Assembly: GCA_028826165.1 (NCBI GenBank)
Contig: JAPDFW010000057.1
Span: 532,726-596,725 of the forward strand
Length of the DNA stretch: 64,000 nt
Direction of reading: 5' to 3'
From: Anaeramoeba ignava BMAN
Taxonomy: Eukaryota > Protista > Anaeramoebae
Positions within the stretch are counted from its first letter, which is position 1. Every line of letters begins with the position of its first letter. Positions 10,991 to 23,400 of this stretch are shown piece by piece. The notes below the pieces were generated by a model. That model was not told the origin of the DNA. It searched no databases and worked only from the letters and a program-made list of their open reading frames with translations. Made by a program: the position numbers and the translations under genes.

Positions 10991-13873
10991 TTAATTTTCT
11001 TTCTTTTCTTTCAGAAATGTTTTTAAACATTCAAAATCCTTCTTTAATTTTTGATATTCATGTAATAAATCTTCAAGTTCTCTTGGTGTTAAATTTCTTG
11101 TATTTTCTAAGTTTTGAAATTTGAAATTATCATTTTGAGAAAGAATTTCAGAAACTCTAAGTGATAAATTTTCCTTTTGATTTCTAGAAATTAAATCTCC
11201 ATTTGAATAAATAATTTCTCCAGTTTTTAGAGGTTGTTGAATTAATGATTTTGAACTTTTTTTTGAAATTAAATTTTTTATTGAATTTGGATTTAAATTT
11301 GGATTTGAAATTAAATTTTTTATTGGATTTGAATTTGAATTTTTTATTGGATTTAAATTTGAAATTGAAATTGGATTTGAAACTGAAATGGATTTTTTTG
11401 GATTTAATTTTTTTGGTTTTTTTGATTTTTTTGATTTTGATTTTTTTGAATTTTGTTTTGATTTTTTTGAATTTGATTTTTTTGTATTTGAATTTGTATT
11501 TAAATTTGTATTTGAATTTGAATTTGTATTTAAATTTGAATTTGGAATTTGATTGGTTGGTTTCAAATAATCAAGAATTATAAATGAATTTATTGAATCC
11601 ATTTTTTCTTCATATTCATACTCTTGAATTTCTGAATAATTTCTTAAATATTCATTTGGAGTTGAAATACTTTTTGAAAGTTGATTTAAATTTAAACTAC
11701 TTCTTTGATTTATATTTGAATTGCTTCTAAAATTTTTATGTGGACTAATTATTGTATTTGAACGATTTCTTGTTTTCACATCTGAATTTCGATTTAAATT
11801 ATTTTCTGAATTTTCATTTAAATTATTTTCTGAATTTTCATTTAAATTATTCTCTAAATTTTCATTTAAATTATTCTCTAAATTTTCATTTAAATTATTC
11901 TCTAAATTTTCATTTAATTCACTTTCAAAATCTTTTCTTGAATCTTTTTCAATCTTTCTTTTAAAATTCTCGTTTTCAATCATTTGAAAACCTGATTGCT
12001 TTTCCAAATCAATTCTTTGACGGTCAGAATATGATTTGTTCTTTATTTTAGTAGGATTTACAGGATAATGAACCAAATTTATTTGACGCTTTTGATTTGT
12101 TTTTCTTTCGAAACTGTTGATATTCTCAAGTGATTTGCCATGAGAATTTGAAGAGTTATCTTGTGATTCATCAGCATTTTCATCCTCTTCATTTGAAGAA
12201 TCATCAAGAATAATAATCTCACTTTTGAATTTAAAAGGAACTTCTGTTTGAGATTTTTTGAGACGTTTTAAATAGTATTTTTCCTTTGATTCAGGCTTTC
12301 GCATGTAATTCTCAAAAATGACTGGATGAACTCGAAGATCTTTTCCTGAAATTTTTTCAAGAAAACCAACAGCAGATAATAAATTTGTGTAGAAAAAGCC
12401 TGATTTAGTCATCGAAATATCAACACTTTTGCGAAAATAATCGATATATTGAATATTTGAATAAATAAATGGAGGATTGACTTGCAAAAGGATATATGAA
12501 AAGAAAGAAAGTAAGTTATCGGCTCCACTTTCCATGTTTACTTTCTCGATGATTTGCAGAAGTAGTTGGCACGATTGAGCAAGGCATTCCAACTTTTTTT
12601 TCGGTGTTTTTTCCATGTTAATTGTGATCAATTTCTGCTTTGATTCCAAAATCATTGCTTCATAATCAAGAACTTCCACAGGAAGTTGAAAGAAATCAAT
12701 TGTTAATTGCGGGATTTTGCTGAGTTTTCTCAACCGCACTTTGATTTTTTCGTCCATGATTTTGTTGTTGATTTTCAAAACTCCAAATAAAAAATCATGC
12801 AAATACTCCATAATATAATCTTCAAACAATCCTCGAATATTTGAAATTTTCTCCTTGATTTTTGTCATCAATCCACCAAGAAGATCTGGATCTAATAAAA
12901 CACATCTCCTTTTCAAGGATATTTGCTGAAAAGCATTTAGCGCCCGAAACTCTTTTTGGCTGAATTCGGGTCTAAATTTCATCAAACTTGAATGCGAAAA
13001 GCATTTTTTGGATAAAGTTGCCACGAAATTCTCAATATATGAGCTTATTTCCTTAATGTCGAAATCACCCATTTTTTCGACATACTTGATGAAGTATCTG
13101 ATTTGCAAAGAAATCATTTTATCATCTGGATTGCTTTGGATAAATTTGTCGAGTGATTTGGTGTCTGTGATGAAATTCTCTTGCGGTTGTTTTTCATCAA
13201 TATCATCGATATCCTCGAAAACCCCATCTGAAACATCCAAAAATTCATCGGCAATATTCGCCGATATTTCTTCCTTGTTAATATTTTCTGATTCTTTTTG
13301 CTCTTTTTTTTCCTCAATCTTTAAATCATTTTCCAATCTTGATTTCTTTGTTCTTTTCAGCATTGCTGATGACTTTATTTGATAACTTTCAGAAATATCA
13401 AAAGGTTTATTTATGAAGAATATTGATGTTGTTTTGCAATTCTTCGCAAATTTCATTTTGGATTGACCAATAACTTCAGGAAGTGATTCAAATTCAACAT
13501 CCAAATTATTTTCTTGGAATTCCCTCTTAAATATTTCTGATATTTTGTTGTTTTTAATCAATTCTATTATATCTTCTTCTATTTTTTTCCAAAATTGAAC
13601 AAGAGTAATTTGTGTTTCGTCTTCCATACTTTTTAAACTTCTAAAAACACCTAAAACTCCATTCAAACAAACAAATTGCTTTGGATTTGATTCATTGATA
13701 AATATTGTGTGTGTTTCAATCACATTTCTTGTTATTATTATGTTTTTTAATGATTCATTCACTGGCGTTAATATTGAAAGTTCAAATTCAAGAAAATTCA
13801 ATAAAAAATCCCCATTTTCTGTAAATGCTCGAAGAAAAATACTTTCTTTTATTTTTCTTTTAAATGGTTTCAT
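10991..13873 (-). CDS. VPS9-domain Rab5-family GEF
   Basis: Intronless 960-aa ORF. KTPKKKLECL...SGADNLLSFFSYILLQVNPPFIYSNIQYIDYFR...GFFYTNLLSAVGFLE is the VPS9 core with the catalytic Asp present. Confidence 0.92.
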   Translation of the reverse strand: MKPFKRKIKESIFLRAFTENGDFLLNFLEFELSILTPVNESLKNIIITRNVIETHTIFINESNPKQFVCLNGVLGVFRSLKSMEDETQITLVQFWKKIEEDIIELIKNNKISEIFKREFQENNLDVEFESLPEVIGQSKMKFAKNCKTTSIFFINKPFDISESYQIKSSAMLKRTKKSRLENDLKIEEKKEQKESENINKEEISANIADEFLDVSDGVFEDIDDIDEKQPQENFITDTKSLDKFIQSNPDDKMISLQIRYFIKYVEKMGDFDIKEISSYIENFVATLSKKCFSHSSLMKFRPEFSQKEFRALNAFQQISLKRRCVLLDPDLLGGLMTKIKEKISNIRGLFEDYIMEYLHDFLFGVLKINNKIMDEKIKVRLRKLSKIPQLTIDFFQLPVEVLDYEAMILESKQKLITINMEKTPKKKLECLAQSCQLLLQIIEKVNMESGADNLLSFFSYILLQVNPPFIYSNIQYIDYFRKSVDISMTKSGFFYTNLLSAVGFLEKISGKDLRVHPVIFENYMRKPESKEKYYLKRLKKSQTEVPFKFKSEIIILDDSSNEEDENADESQDNSSNSHGKSLENINSFERKTNQKRQINLVHYPVNPTKIKNKSYSDRQRIDLEKQSGFQMIENENFKRKIEKDSRKDFESELNENLENNLNENLENNLNENLENNLNENSENNLNENSENNLNRNSDVKTRNRSNTIISPHKNFRSNSNINQRSSLNLNQLSKSISTPNEYLRNYSEIQEYEYEEKMDSINSFIILDYLKPTNQIPNSNLNTNSNSNTNLNTNSNTKKSNSKKSKQNSKKSKSKKSKKPKKLNPKKSISVSNPISISNLNPIKNSNSNPIKNLISNPNLNPNSIKNLISKKSSKSLIQQPLKTGEIIYSNGDLISRNQKENLSLRVSEILSQNDNFKFQNLENTRNLTPRELEDLLHEYQKLKKDFECLKTFLKEKKEN

Positions 13874-14079
13874 TTTTATCTTAAAAAAAAAAATAAAAAA
13901 TGAATTTAAAAAAGATTTAAAAAAATGAAAAAAATGAAAAAAATAAAAGTGAAAAAAATTTTTTTTCTTATTTGATCAAAAGATTATTTTTTTTTTAAAA
14001 TAAAAATTAAGGGAAAAAAAATGTTTTTAAATTGAAATTTATTATTTTTAAAAAAAGAAAAAAATCAAATCAAATCAAA

Positions 14080-16668
14080 TCAAATCACACAAAAACAATT
14101 ATTTTGAGTTTTAGATTCTTTTTGTGGTGAATTATCAGAATTATTTGGAAGAGAAATAACTATTTAAAAAATTAAAAAATTAAAAAATTAAAAATTAAAA
14201 AATTAAAAAATTAAAAATTAAAAAATTAAAAAATTAAAAATTAAAAAATTAAAAATTAAAAATCGGATATTTTTTTTCTTCCAGTTTTACCTTTTTCTTT
14301 TGGTTTTTCAATTTCTTGAGGATTTGATTCAATAATTTGATTTGGGAATTTTGAAACTAAAGAAGTACAAAGTTTTTCAAATAAAAGATTAACATTATGA
14401 TCAACTTTTGCACTTGTTTCAAGAAAATTGCAATTATTTTGTTTTGCTTTTTTTTCTAATTCTTCAATTGAAATTAAACGATTATTTGGATCATCCGTTT
14501 TATTTCCTACAAGATAAATAATTGCTTCATCTCCTCTTTCGTTTCTAATATCTTCAATCCAATAATCAATGCTATTAAAACTTTCTCGATCTTTTATATA
14601 TTTTATATATATTTTATATATTTTATATATTATATTTTTTATATTTTTTATATTTACTTGTGATATCATAAACTATAATTGCTGCTGAAGAATTTCTAAT
14701 ATAAGATGGCATTAAACTTCTAAATTTTTCTTGTCCTATTTAATTGAATTTTAATATTAATATTAATTTTAATTTAAATAAATAAATAAAATAAACCTGC
14801 TGTATCCCAAAGTTGTAATTTAATATAATTTTGATTTAATTTAAAGGATTTTGTTAAGAAATCTGCACCAACAGTTGCCTATTATTTTTGTATTTAATTT
14901 TGTATTTAATTTTGTATTTAATTTTGTATTTAATTTTGTATTTAATTTTGAATTTAATTTTGAATTTAATTTTGAATTTAATTTTGTATTTAATTTTGTA
15001 TTTAATTTTGTATTTAATTTTGTATTTAATTTTGTATTTAATTTTGTATTTAATTTTGTATTTAATTTTGTATTTAATTTTGAATTTAATTTTGTATTTA
15101 ATATTGTATTTAATTTTGTATTTAATTTTGTATTTAATTTTGAATTTAATTTTGTATTTAATTTTGAATTTAATTTTGTATTTAATTTTTGTATTTTAAT
15201 TTTAAATTTAATTTTGTATTGTATTTAATTTTGTATTTAATTTTGTATTTAATTTTGTATTTAATTTTGAATTTAATTTTAAATTTAATTTTAAATTTAA
15301 TAATTTAATTTTGTATTTAATATTGAATTTAATATTTAATGAATTTAATTTTGTATTTAATTTTGTATTTAATATTGAATTTAATTTTGTATTTAATTTT
15401 GTATTTAATATTGTATTTAATTTGAATTTAATATTGAATTTAATATTGAATTTATTTAATATTGTATTTAATATTGTATTTAATATTGAATTTAATATTG
15501 AATTTAATTTTGAATTTAATTTTGTATTTAATTTTTGTATTTAATATTGTATTTAATATTGAATTTAATTTTTGAATTTAATTTGTATTTAATTTTGTAT
15601 TTAATTTTGTATTTAATTTTGAATTTAATATTGAATTTAATTTTAAATTTAATTTTTGTATTTAATAATTGAATTTAATTTTGTATTTAATATTGTATTT
15701 ATTGAATTTAATATTTAATTTTGTATTTAATTTTGAATTTAATTTTGAATTTAATTTTGAATTTAATTTTGAATTTAATTTTGAATTTAATTTTGTATTT
15801 AATATTGAATTTAATTTTGTATTTAATATTGAATTTAATTTTGAATTTAATTTTGAATTTAATTTGAATTTAATTTTGTATTTAATTTTGTATTTAATTT
15901 TGAATTTAATTTTGTATTTAATTTTGAATTTAATTTTGTATTTAATTTTGTATTTTAATTTTGTATTTAATATTGAATTTAATTTTTGAATTTAATTTTG
16001 TATTTAATTTATATTTAATTTTGTATTTAATTTTGTATTTAATTTTGTATTTAATTTTGTATTTAATTTTGTATTTAATTTTGAATTTAATTTTGAATTT
16101 AATTTTGAATTTAATTTTGTATTTAATTTTAAATTTAATTTGAATTTAATATTAATTATTTAATTTTTTTGTATTTAATTTTTGTATTTAATTTTGTATT
16201 TAATTTTGAATTTAATTTTGAATTTAATTTTTTGAATTTAATTTTGAATTTAATTTTTAAATTTAATTTAATTTATATTTATTTTTTGTATTTAATTTTG
16301 TATTTAATTTTTATTTAATTTTGTATTTAATTTTGTATTTAATTTTGTATTTAATTTAATATGTATTTAATTTTGTATTTAATTTTAAATTTAATTTTGA
16401 ATTTAATTTTGTATTTAATTTTGAATTTAATTTTGTATTTAATTTTGTATTTAATATTGTATTTAATTTTGTATTTAATTTTGTATTTAATTTTGTATTT
16501 AATTTTGTATTTAATTTTGTATTTAATTTTAAATTTAATTTTAAATTTAATTTTTAATTTTACTTGATAGTTTGAATCAAATTTATTATACATTAAACGT
16601 GTAATTATTGAAGTCTTTCCAACAGCTGTATCACCAAGAAAACAAACTTTATATTTATAACGAGACAT
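14080..16668 (-). CDS. RAB6: Rab6-like GTPase; exons 16668-16564, 14878-14797, 14735-14658, 14590-14291, 14159-14080
   Basis: Spliced: [35 protein letters not shown]|[18 protein letters not shown]|[25 protein letters not shown]|[30 protein letters not shown]. Rab6 signatures present (FMY/LMY-xxFD, SLxPSYIR, ERG). The exact paralog subtype is uncertain. Confidence 0.85.
14879..16563 (-). repeat. 1685-nt intron made of a 12-mer AAAATTAAAT(AC/TC)
   Basis: Plus strand shows tttaattttgta/tttaattttgaa tandem units filling Rab6 intron 1. Confidence 0.93.
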
Positions 16669-16680
16669 TATTAAAAATAT

Positions 16681-16720
16681 AAAAATGAAGAAAATGAAAA
16701 AAATGAAAAATAAAAATGAA
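16681..16720 (-). promoter_or_regulatory. Four tandem Inr-like TTCATTTT motifs upstream of Rab6
   Basis: Plus-strand TGA cores of aaaatgaa at 16686, 16695, 16704 and 16717, all within the 58-nt gap between the TERT stop and the Rab6 ATG. Confidence 0.6.
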
Positions 16721-16726
16721 ATTTTT

Positions 16727-19700
16727 TTATTTTAATTTTTCTAAATATTTTTGGAATTGAATTGAAATTTCATTTGAAATATTTTTTAAATTCTGTTCTT
16801 TTTTTTGATCAATTTTTCGAATTAATTTTTTAAAATGTTGAATAAAAAATTGAGATTTTCCAGATTTCCATAAAAAAACATTCAAACAACAATTATAAGC
16901 AATAAATAATATTTTGATTTTTCTCATTTTACAATTTTGTTTAATAATTGAAGATGTTGATATTCTTATTGTAGATTCAAGTATTTTAATCAAATCAGAA
17001 TTGAAAATTGAATTTTCTTTGTTTTCATTGAAATTAAAAAAAGGAGGATATAATGTTTTTTGATAGGATTCAAACATGTAATAAAATTGGATTGCAGTTC
17101 TTGTAAAAATATAAAATAAATTTTTTTCAATAGCATTTTCTGAATTGATTTCACTATCAAAAAGTATACTTGTAATATTATTTAAAGTACTCCAAAGAAT
17201 TCTTTTTCTGAATTTATCAAGAGTTTTATTTTCAAAAGAGATGTTTAATTGAGAGATGAAATCTATTTTTCAATTTTTAAATGATTTTTAATTGATTTTT
17301 GAATTTTAAAATGATTTTTTATTACCTTCAGATAGCTTTTTAGTAAAATCAAAATTATTCACATTAATTTGAAATCCACACCATGAAAATTCTCCATCTT
17401 CTGAAACACATGAATTTATCATTTCATTATTGATTTCCAAATCAAAATTCGTTCTTGTTTTTCTGAAATTAATAAAACTAGAAAATTCACTAAATCCTTC
17501 ATTCATTCTTTTTAAAAACTTGATCGCTTTTCCTTTATCAGGAGAAACAAACAAAAAATCATCAATAACATTAACAAGAAAAGAATATTCCACTTTTTGA
17601 TCCAAAAATTCTTCAAGATATTTTTTCTTCATTTCAGAATAATACAAACAACAAAGCATCGGAGAAACAACAGATCCTTGCGGAATCCCTTTTTTTTGAA
17701 CATAATACTTCTTTCCAATCTTGATTTTATGCTCTGTAATCAATTTTTTAAACAAACTCATGATTTCTTCTTTTTTCAAGTTTTTTCCTTTATGATTGTC
17801 AACATAAATTGTTCCAACTTCTGATTCAACTAAACTTCCTTCAACAAGTTTAAAAAAATTGAGATATTGATAATTAGGTGATACTTGATGATGCAAAAGC
17901 TTTAAATTGTTGTTGTTATGATATTTGAATGATTGATATTCCCGAACAAAATATTTTTTGTGTTGAATTGTTTTTTCTAAAATTTTTAATAGTAAATCTT
18001 GATTAATTGAATCGAAACTCTTTGTAATATCAACAGAAACAAAGTATAATTTTGGTCTTTGATTGATTGGTAATTGTTTGAATTTTTGGATTATTGGTTT
18101 AATAATTAATGGAAGATGATGAACTCCAAGAAGAGAAGATCCAAATAAATTTTCATTTGATTCCTAATTTAAATAATTTAAATAATTTAAATAAATGAAA
18201 ACGAAAAATTTTAATTTTAAATTTTTTACTCTCTCATAATTTAAAACACGGAAACCATTTTGTAGCATTTGATTCCAATTCTTTTTATTCCCATATTTCG
18301 ATAAATTAACTATTGGTCTAAATCCATTTGAAAGTGAATCTTCCTAAAAAAAAAAAGAAAATGAATTAGAAAAAAAAAAATTTTTTTTTCTTTCTTACTT
18401 ACTTTGATTTTTGGAATAAGTCTAAAAGTGGAATTTGTTTCTTTTCTGATTTCTTCCTTTAAAACAAAAAAAGAAAAGAATTTAAATTAAAAGTTGGTTT
18501 TCTTTTTTTGCTTTTTTTTTCTTTTGTCAAAAAACAAAAATTACTTCTGAAATTTCAATCTCTTTGAAATGATCTTCATTTTCCATCTTTTCAAAAAAAG
18601 TGTCTTGAATATTAATCCAAATTTCACGACGAAAGAAAATGATAGTATTTTTCTTTCCAACAGACTCAGTACAATAAAAGAAAGAGCCAAGAAATTTTGA
18701 AAGAAGTTGGAAAATCCAAAAAATAAAAACACAACCAATTAATTTTTGAGTTTGAATCCCTGAGAATTGTTTTGCCCACAAAAAATCCTGAATTTTGAAA
18801 TTAGCAAGAAAATAAGAAAGAGACAAACTTTGTTGATGCTTTTAATTGAACTAATGTGTGAATTCCACGGAGAATTGCACCTTTATTTTTGTCATTTCCC
18901 CAAAGATTTTGGTTGAATAAACTGAGGAAAATTTTCACTATAAATTGAGAAACTTGTTCTTTTGGTGTTGATAAATTTGAATATTCAATTAATTTTTGAT
19001 CGTCAGTTATTTTTTTCAGTCGAATTTGTTTCATTTCACTTGTAAATGGTGAGTATCCATTAAGAATATCCCAATATTGGAGTTTTTTATGTGATTCAAT
19101 TAGAGAATCCAAAATTTTTGCAATTGAAGAATGTGGATCAAATACATTTTCCAAGTTTGGAATTAATTGCTTTGTTTTCTCATATTTGGAAAATATTTGT
19201 TGAAATAGAAATTTTGCACCATCTTGTTTCATTTTACAAGCAATTGATAATTCATCTAAATATATTATTTAGAATAGAAAAAAACCCAAAAAACAATAAA
19301 CAATAAAATGTTGATTTTTCTTTTGATTTAAAAATTTTTATACGATCGTCAAATAACACTTTTGGTCGAGGAAAAACATGCAGATAAAGAAAAGAACTTG
19401 ATGAAATTATTAAATCTGAAAAATTTGCAGAAAGAGTGTTATTTTTTGGATATTTGATAAGTTTATAAACAGGAGAACCTGCAACTTGAACAAAACACCA
19501 ATTTTTTTCTTTGTGAAAAATCCAACAATATCGAAGTAGGAAAAAAAACCCAGAAATCCCAATTTGAGAAAGCAAATTCAACCAATTTTGAGTGAAAAAA
19601 ATTTTGTGAACAGTATTGGGTATTTCACATTGAATTCCATCTAAAACTGGTAATTCAGAAAAATTTGAGTTTGAAGAATCCATCTTTTTGATTTTTTAAT

Positions 19701-20124
19701 TCATAAAATGATTTAATTTTTAATTCATAAAATAATAAATAATTTGTTCGTGATTTACTCTTCGATATCCATAACAAAATACATTTTCTGGTCGGAATTG
19801 AAGACAAAATTCTGAGGAATTAAAAAAATCAAATAATGTTCTTTCAATTAAATTTTGCATTAAAGGAATTAATTTTGGATTTGAAAATGTTTGCAATTCT
19901 TCAGAAATGATAAATTTTTCTGAAATATCAATATTTTCTGGATATCCAATTAATGTTGTTTTGAGAAATTCTTGATATTCATTATTTTTTGGTTTGATTT
20001 CCTTTTTTTTTATTTTATTAAGTAATTCCTCTAAATTTGATAGATTGGGAATTAATTGTTTTAAGCTTTGAATTTTTGATTTTTTTTTCTTTAATCTTTT
20101 TTTCTTTTGTTTAATTTGAGACAT
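16727..20124 (-). CDS. TERT: Telomerase reverse transcriptase; exons about 20124-19759, 19683-19344, 19255-18545, 18456-18403, 18343-18230, 18163-17326, 17262-16727
   Basis: TEN/GQ (NVFCYGY, FVQVAGSP), QFP-like (VSQFI..LWG..N), T motif (FFYCTES..FFRREIW), motif 1 FRLIPK, motif 2 FRPIVNL, A LYFVSVDITKSFDSI, B' YVQKKGIPQGSVVSPMLCCLYY, C VIDDFLFVS, E FSWCGFQIN, CTE ILFDSEINS. One frameshift at about 18828. Confidence 0.96.
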
Positions 20125-20477
20125 TTAAATATTTTTAGAAAAAAATGGAAAATGAAAAATGAAAAATAATTTTGATTTTGATTTTAATTTTGATTTTATT
20201 TCATAAACAGAAAACATTCTGAATAAAAAATTGATTTTTCAAATTGATTTTGATTTTGAATTTTGATTTTAATTTAAATTGGATTTTGATTTTGATTTTG
20301 AATTTGATTTTGAATTTGATTTTGATTTTGATTTTGATTTTGATTTTAATTTTAAATTTAAATTGGATTTTTAATTTAAATTTAAATTTTAATTGGATTT
20401 TAAATTTAAATTTAAATTCGATTTTAAATTTAAATTTGATTTTTAATTTAAATTGGATTTTAATTTTAAATTTAAAT

Positions 20478-23400
20478 TTAAATTGGATTTGCTACTATAA
20501 ATTTAAATTGATTGGTATTGATTTTATGGATTATTCTTTGGAAATTTCCACCTCCTTTATAAAAAAATGATACAATATTTGTAATATTTTCCAATAACAA
20601 TAAAGAATTTGAAAGAAATTTTGTGAAATTTAATTTTGATATTTTGAATACTTGCAAAATTTGTTTTGAATTCTGATTGAAAAAATCCTCATCCAAAGAG
20701 GATCTTTTTTGGGAATAAAACTCTGAATTGATTTGGGATAGTATCTTTTCAACTTGCTGAATATTTTCTGCTAATGTTGGCTTATCTTCTTGGGATTTGA
20801 TTTTTGATCCAAAAATTTGCTTTTCATTCTTTTCCTTTTCATTTTGTGTATTTAACAAATAAAGATCGTAGTTTGCAAAGAAGAGCTGAAGAATTGAGCA
20901 ACAAAGCAAGAAAATTTGTGGGATTTTGTAGTTGATTGATGGATTGTTTACTTTGAAACACAAGCTTGAATCATTGAGGATTTTTCGGAAAATAAAAGAT
21001 GATTTTTGGATTTTGTTTTGGGTTTCTATAAAAATGGAAAATGCAACACGATGAGGCAATCCTGGCAAATGATACATCTGCAAAATGTTGTTTAGATACA
21101 AATCCATGAGAAGAAGAATGGAGTATTCATTCCCAAAATTCAGCGGTGTTTTTGATAAAACTTTGAATACCCATTTGTTGATTTGCAAGAAATAATCAAA
21201 AGCAACTTCTCCCTTTTCGTTTCTTGCAGAATTGAGTTTTTTAACATACTGGAAAAAATATCAAATTCATTGCTCCAAAATACTCAATATTTTGTTTGAG
21301 TGGTTCCTTATCAAGTTCTAAATCTTGATACTCATGCAAATTCTCTATTATGTTTTTTTCTCGAGAAAGAAAGGAACACATTGTTTTTTCCAAAACAAGA
21401 ATAAGTACTTTTGGGGAATCAATCACATCAATCAAATATTTCATGAATTCATATAAAAAATCACTCTCATCTGCGAATTTAATTGTGAATATTATAAAGT
21501 TATTGCGTAAAACTCCTTGCGAATAATTCATTAGCAACAAACATTGTTTAAAAAGTTCTCTTGTTCGTTTTTTCTGGATAATATCATCCCTATTAAACAT
21601 AGAAAGCAATTTCCGATAAAGAAATATTTTAAATCGCCAAGAAAGATTGAAATATTCACTATTTATTCTTCTTGTTTCAGAGATTTTCATTTTTTCTTTC
21701 TGGTTTATGTTTTCGTTTTTTGAATCAAATAGTGCAAAATAATAGTTTAGATATTCATAATCTGCATCAATTAAATGCATATCCTGGTTGATAAATGTTT
21801 TTTGGTTGTCTTGAACTTCAATAAGTTCAAAAAGATACTGGAAATAAACCTGAAATAAAGTTGCAAATTTATTCGGATCAATTTTATCACCATCTTTCAA
21901 TTTCCCAATTCTTTCAATAACTTCAAAAAGAAATTCTATCAAAAATTCAGAATTTGTAGTTGATGTATAATATTCTAAGATGTGTTTTGATTCTTTACAA
22001 TTTTGATTTTGATTTAAATTTTTAATTTGATTTTGATTTTGATTTTGATTTTGATTTTCATTTTGATTTTGATTTTGATTTTGATTTTGATTATTTTGAT
22101 TTTGATTTTCAATTTCATTTTCATTTTGATTTTTAATTTCATTTTGATTTTCATTTTTAATTTCATTTTCATTTTCATTTTCATTTTCAATAATAAAAAA
22201 ATCTAAATAAGATTCCATATATTCAAAGTTTTTGTTTCCAGTTGAACTTGTAATTTTGTCTTTCATTTCCTCTTTTTCTTGTAAATTATTATCATTATTA
22301 TTTGATGAAAATTGTGAGAATGAATTAGATTTCTTCACCATTTCTTCGATCCAATTTTTACAGAAAATATTGATTTGAACGTAACAATTATTTGTCATTT
22401 TTTCCCATCCAAAATTATGGAGAAAATCCATTATATCATTTTTGAATCTGACCTTTTCTTCCTGATCAAATTTGCAAGTTAGATAATAAATCAATGTGAG
22501 AATAAATTCAATAATAGGGATAATAACACCCAAAAGTTTTTCATCAGTTTCAATAGAATCAAAATTTGAAATTTCTTTCCAATCCAATTCCCTCATAATT
22601 TTCCAAAAAAATAATACATTTGAGAAATTAATCATTTTAGATATTTGCTTGATAATATACGAATCCAATTTGACTTGATCAAAATGCAATAAACGAGTAA
22701 AGATGTTGAAGAACAACACTTTGACATAATTATCATCCAAATCGCAATTGAATATGATGTCAAGAATATTCTGAATGTCTGATAAAAGGAAACTTGGATC
22801 ATCCCAATTTGTCAGTTGTTTGCAATACAATATAAGAAAGTTTTGCGCATAATTTATTTGCTCTTGTTCTGGGGAAAACGGAAGAAAATGGAAATCTCCA
22901 CAATTGACAATTTGGATAAATGGTTGCAAAACACCAAACAAAGGGAAAGGCTTTGATAGAAAGGACTTGAAACTTGATAAACTTTCATTGTTTTCAATTG
23001 TTTTTTTAAATAGCTTCCGATCAGAAAATATTTTGCATTGAGATATATGCGCAATAAAACCAATAATATAATCAATATAAATGAACAAGAACTTGCATAA
23101 ATTAGCATTTTCAACAGTAATTTTAGATCCATTGGCTTGCAGTTTATTCTTTGAAACGTGTTTCTCAGTTAAATCATAACTCAATTTCGCAAATTTTTCT
23201 TCCATAAGAGATAAAGCTTGTAACAAAGAAGGATATTCAATTTGTTCCGCAATTGGAAATGATAGTAAAAATGTCCATGAAACAGGATCTATTTTTCTTG
23301 CTATCGTACTCTCCAAAATCACAGCAAAATACTCCAAGAAATAATTAGGAAAACTGTTTGAAATGAGTTGGCGCGAAAGTAATATTACATTTTCAAAAAA

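Noticed and set aside
14879-16563. Repeat arrays as CRISPR or telomeric/telomerase-added DNA, given the adjacent TERT
   Set aside because: No unique spacers or cas genes, no G-rich telomere-like unit, the units differ between arrays, and the arrays sit inside GT-AG introns.
17306-18163. Reverse transcriptase as a retroelement
   Set aside because: Telomerase-specific TEN, T and CTE motifs and spliceosomal introns are present; there is no endonuclease, integrase or LTR.
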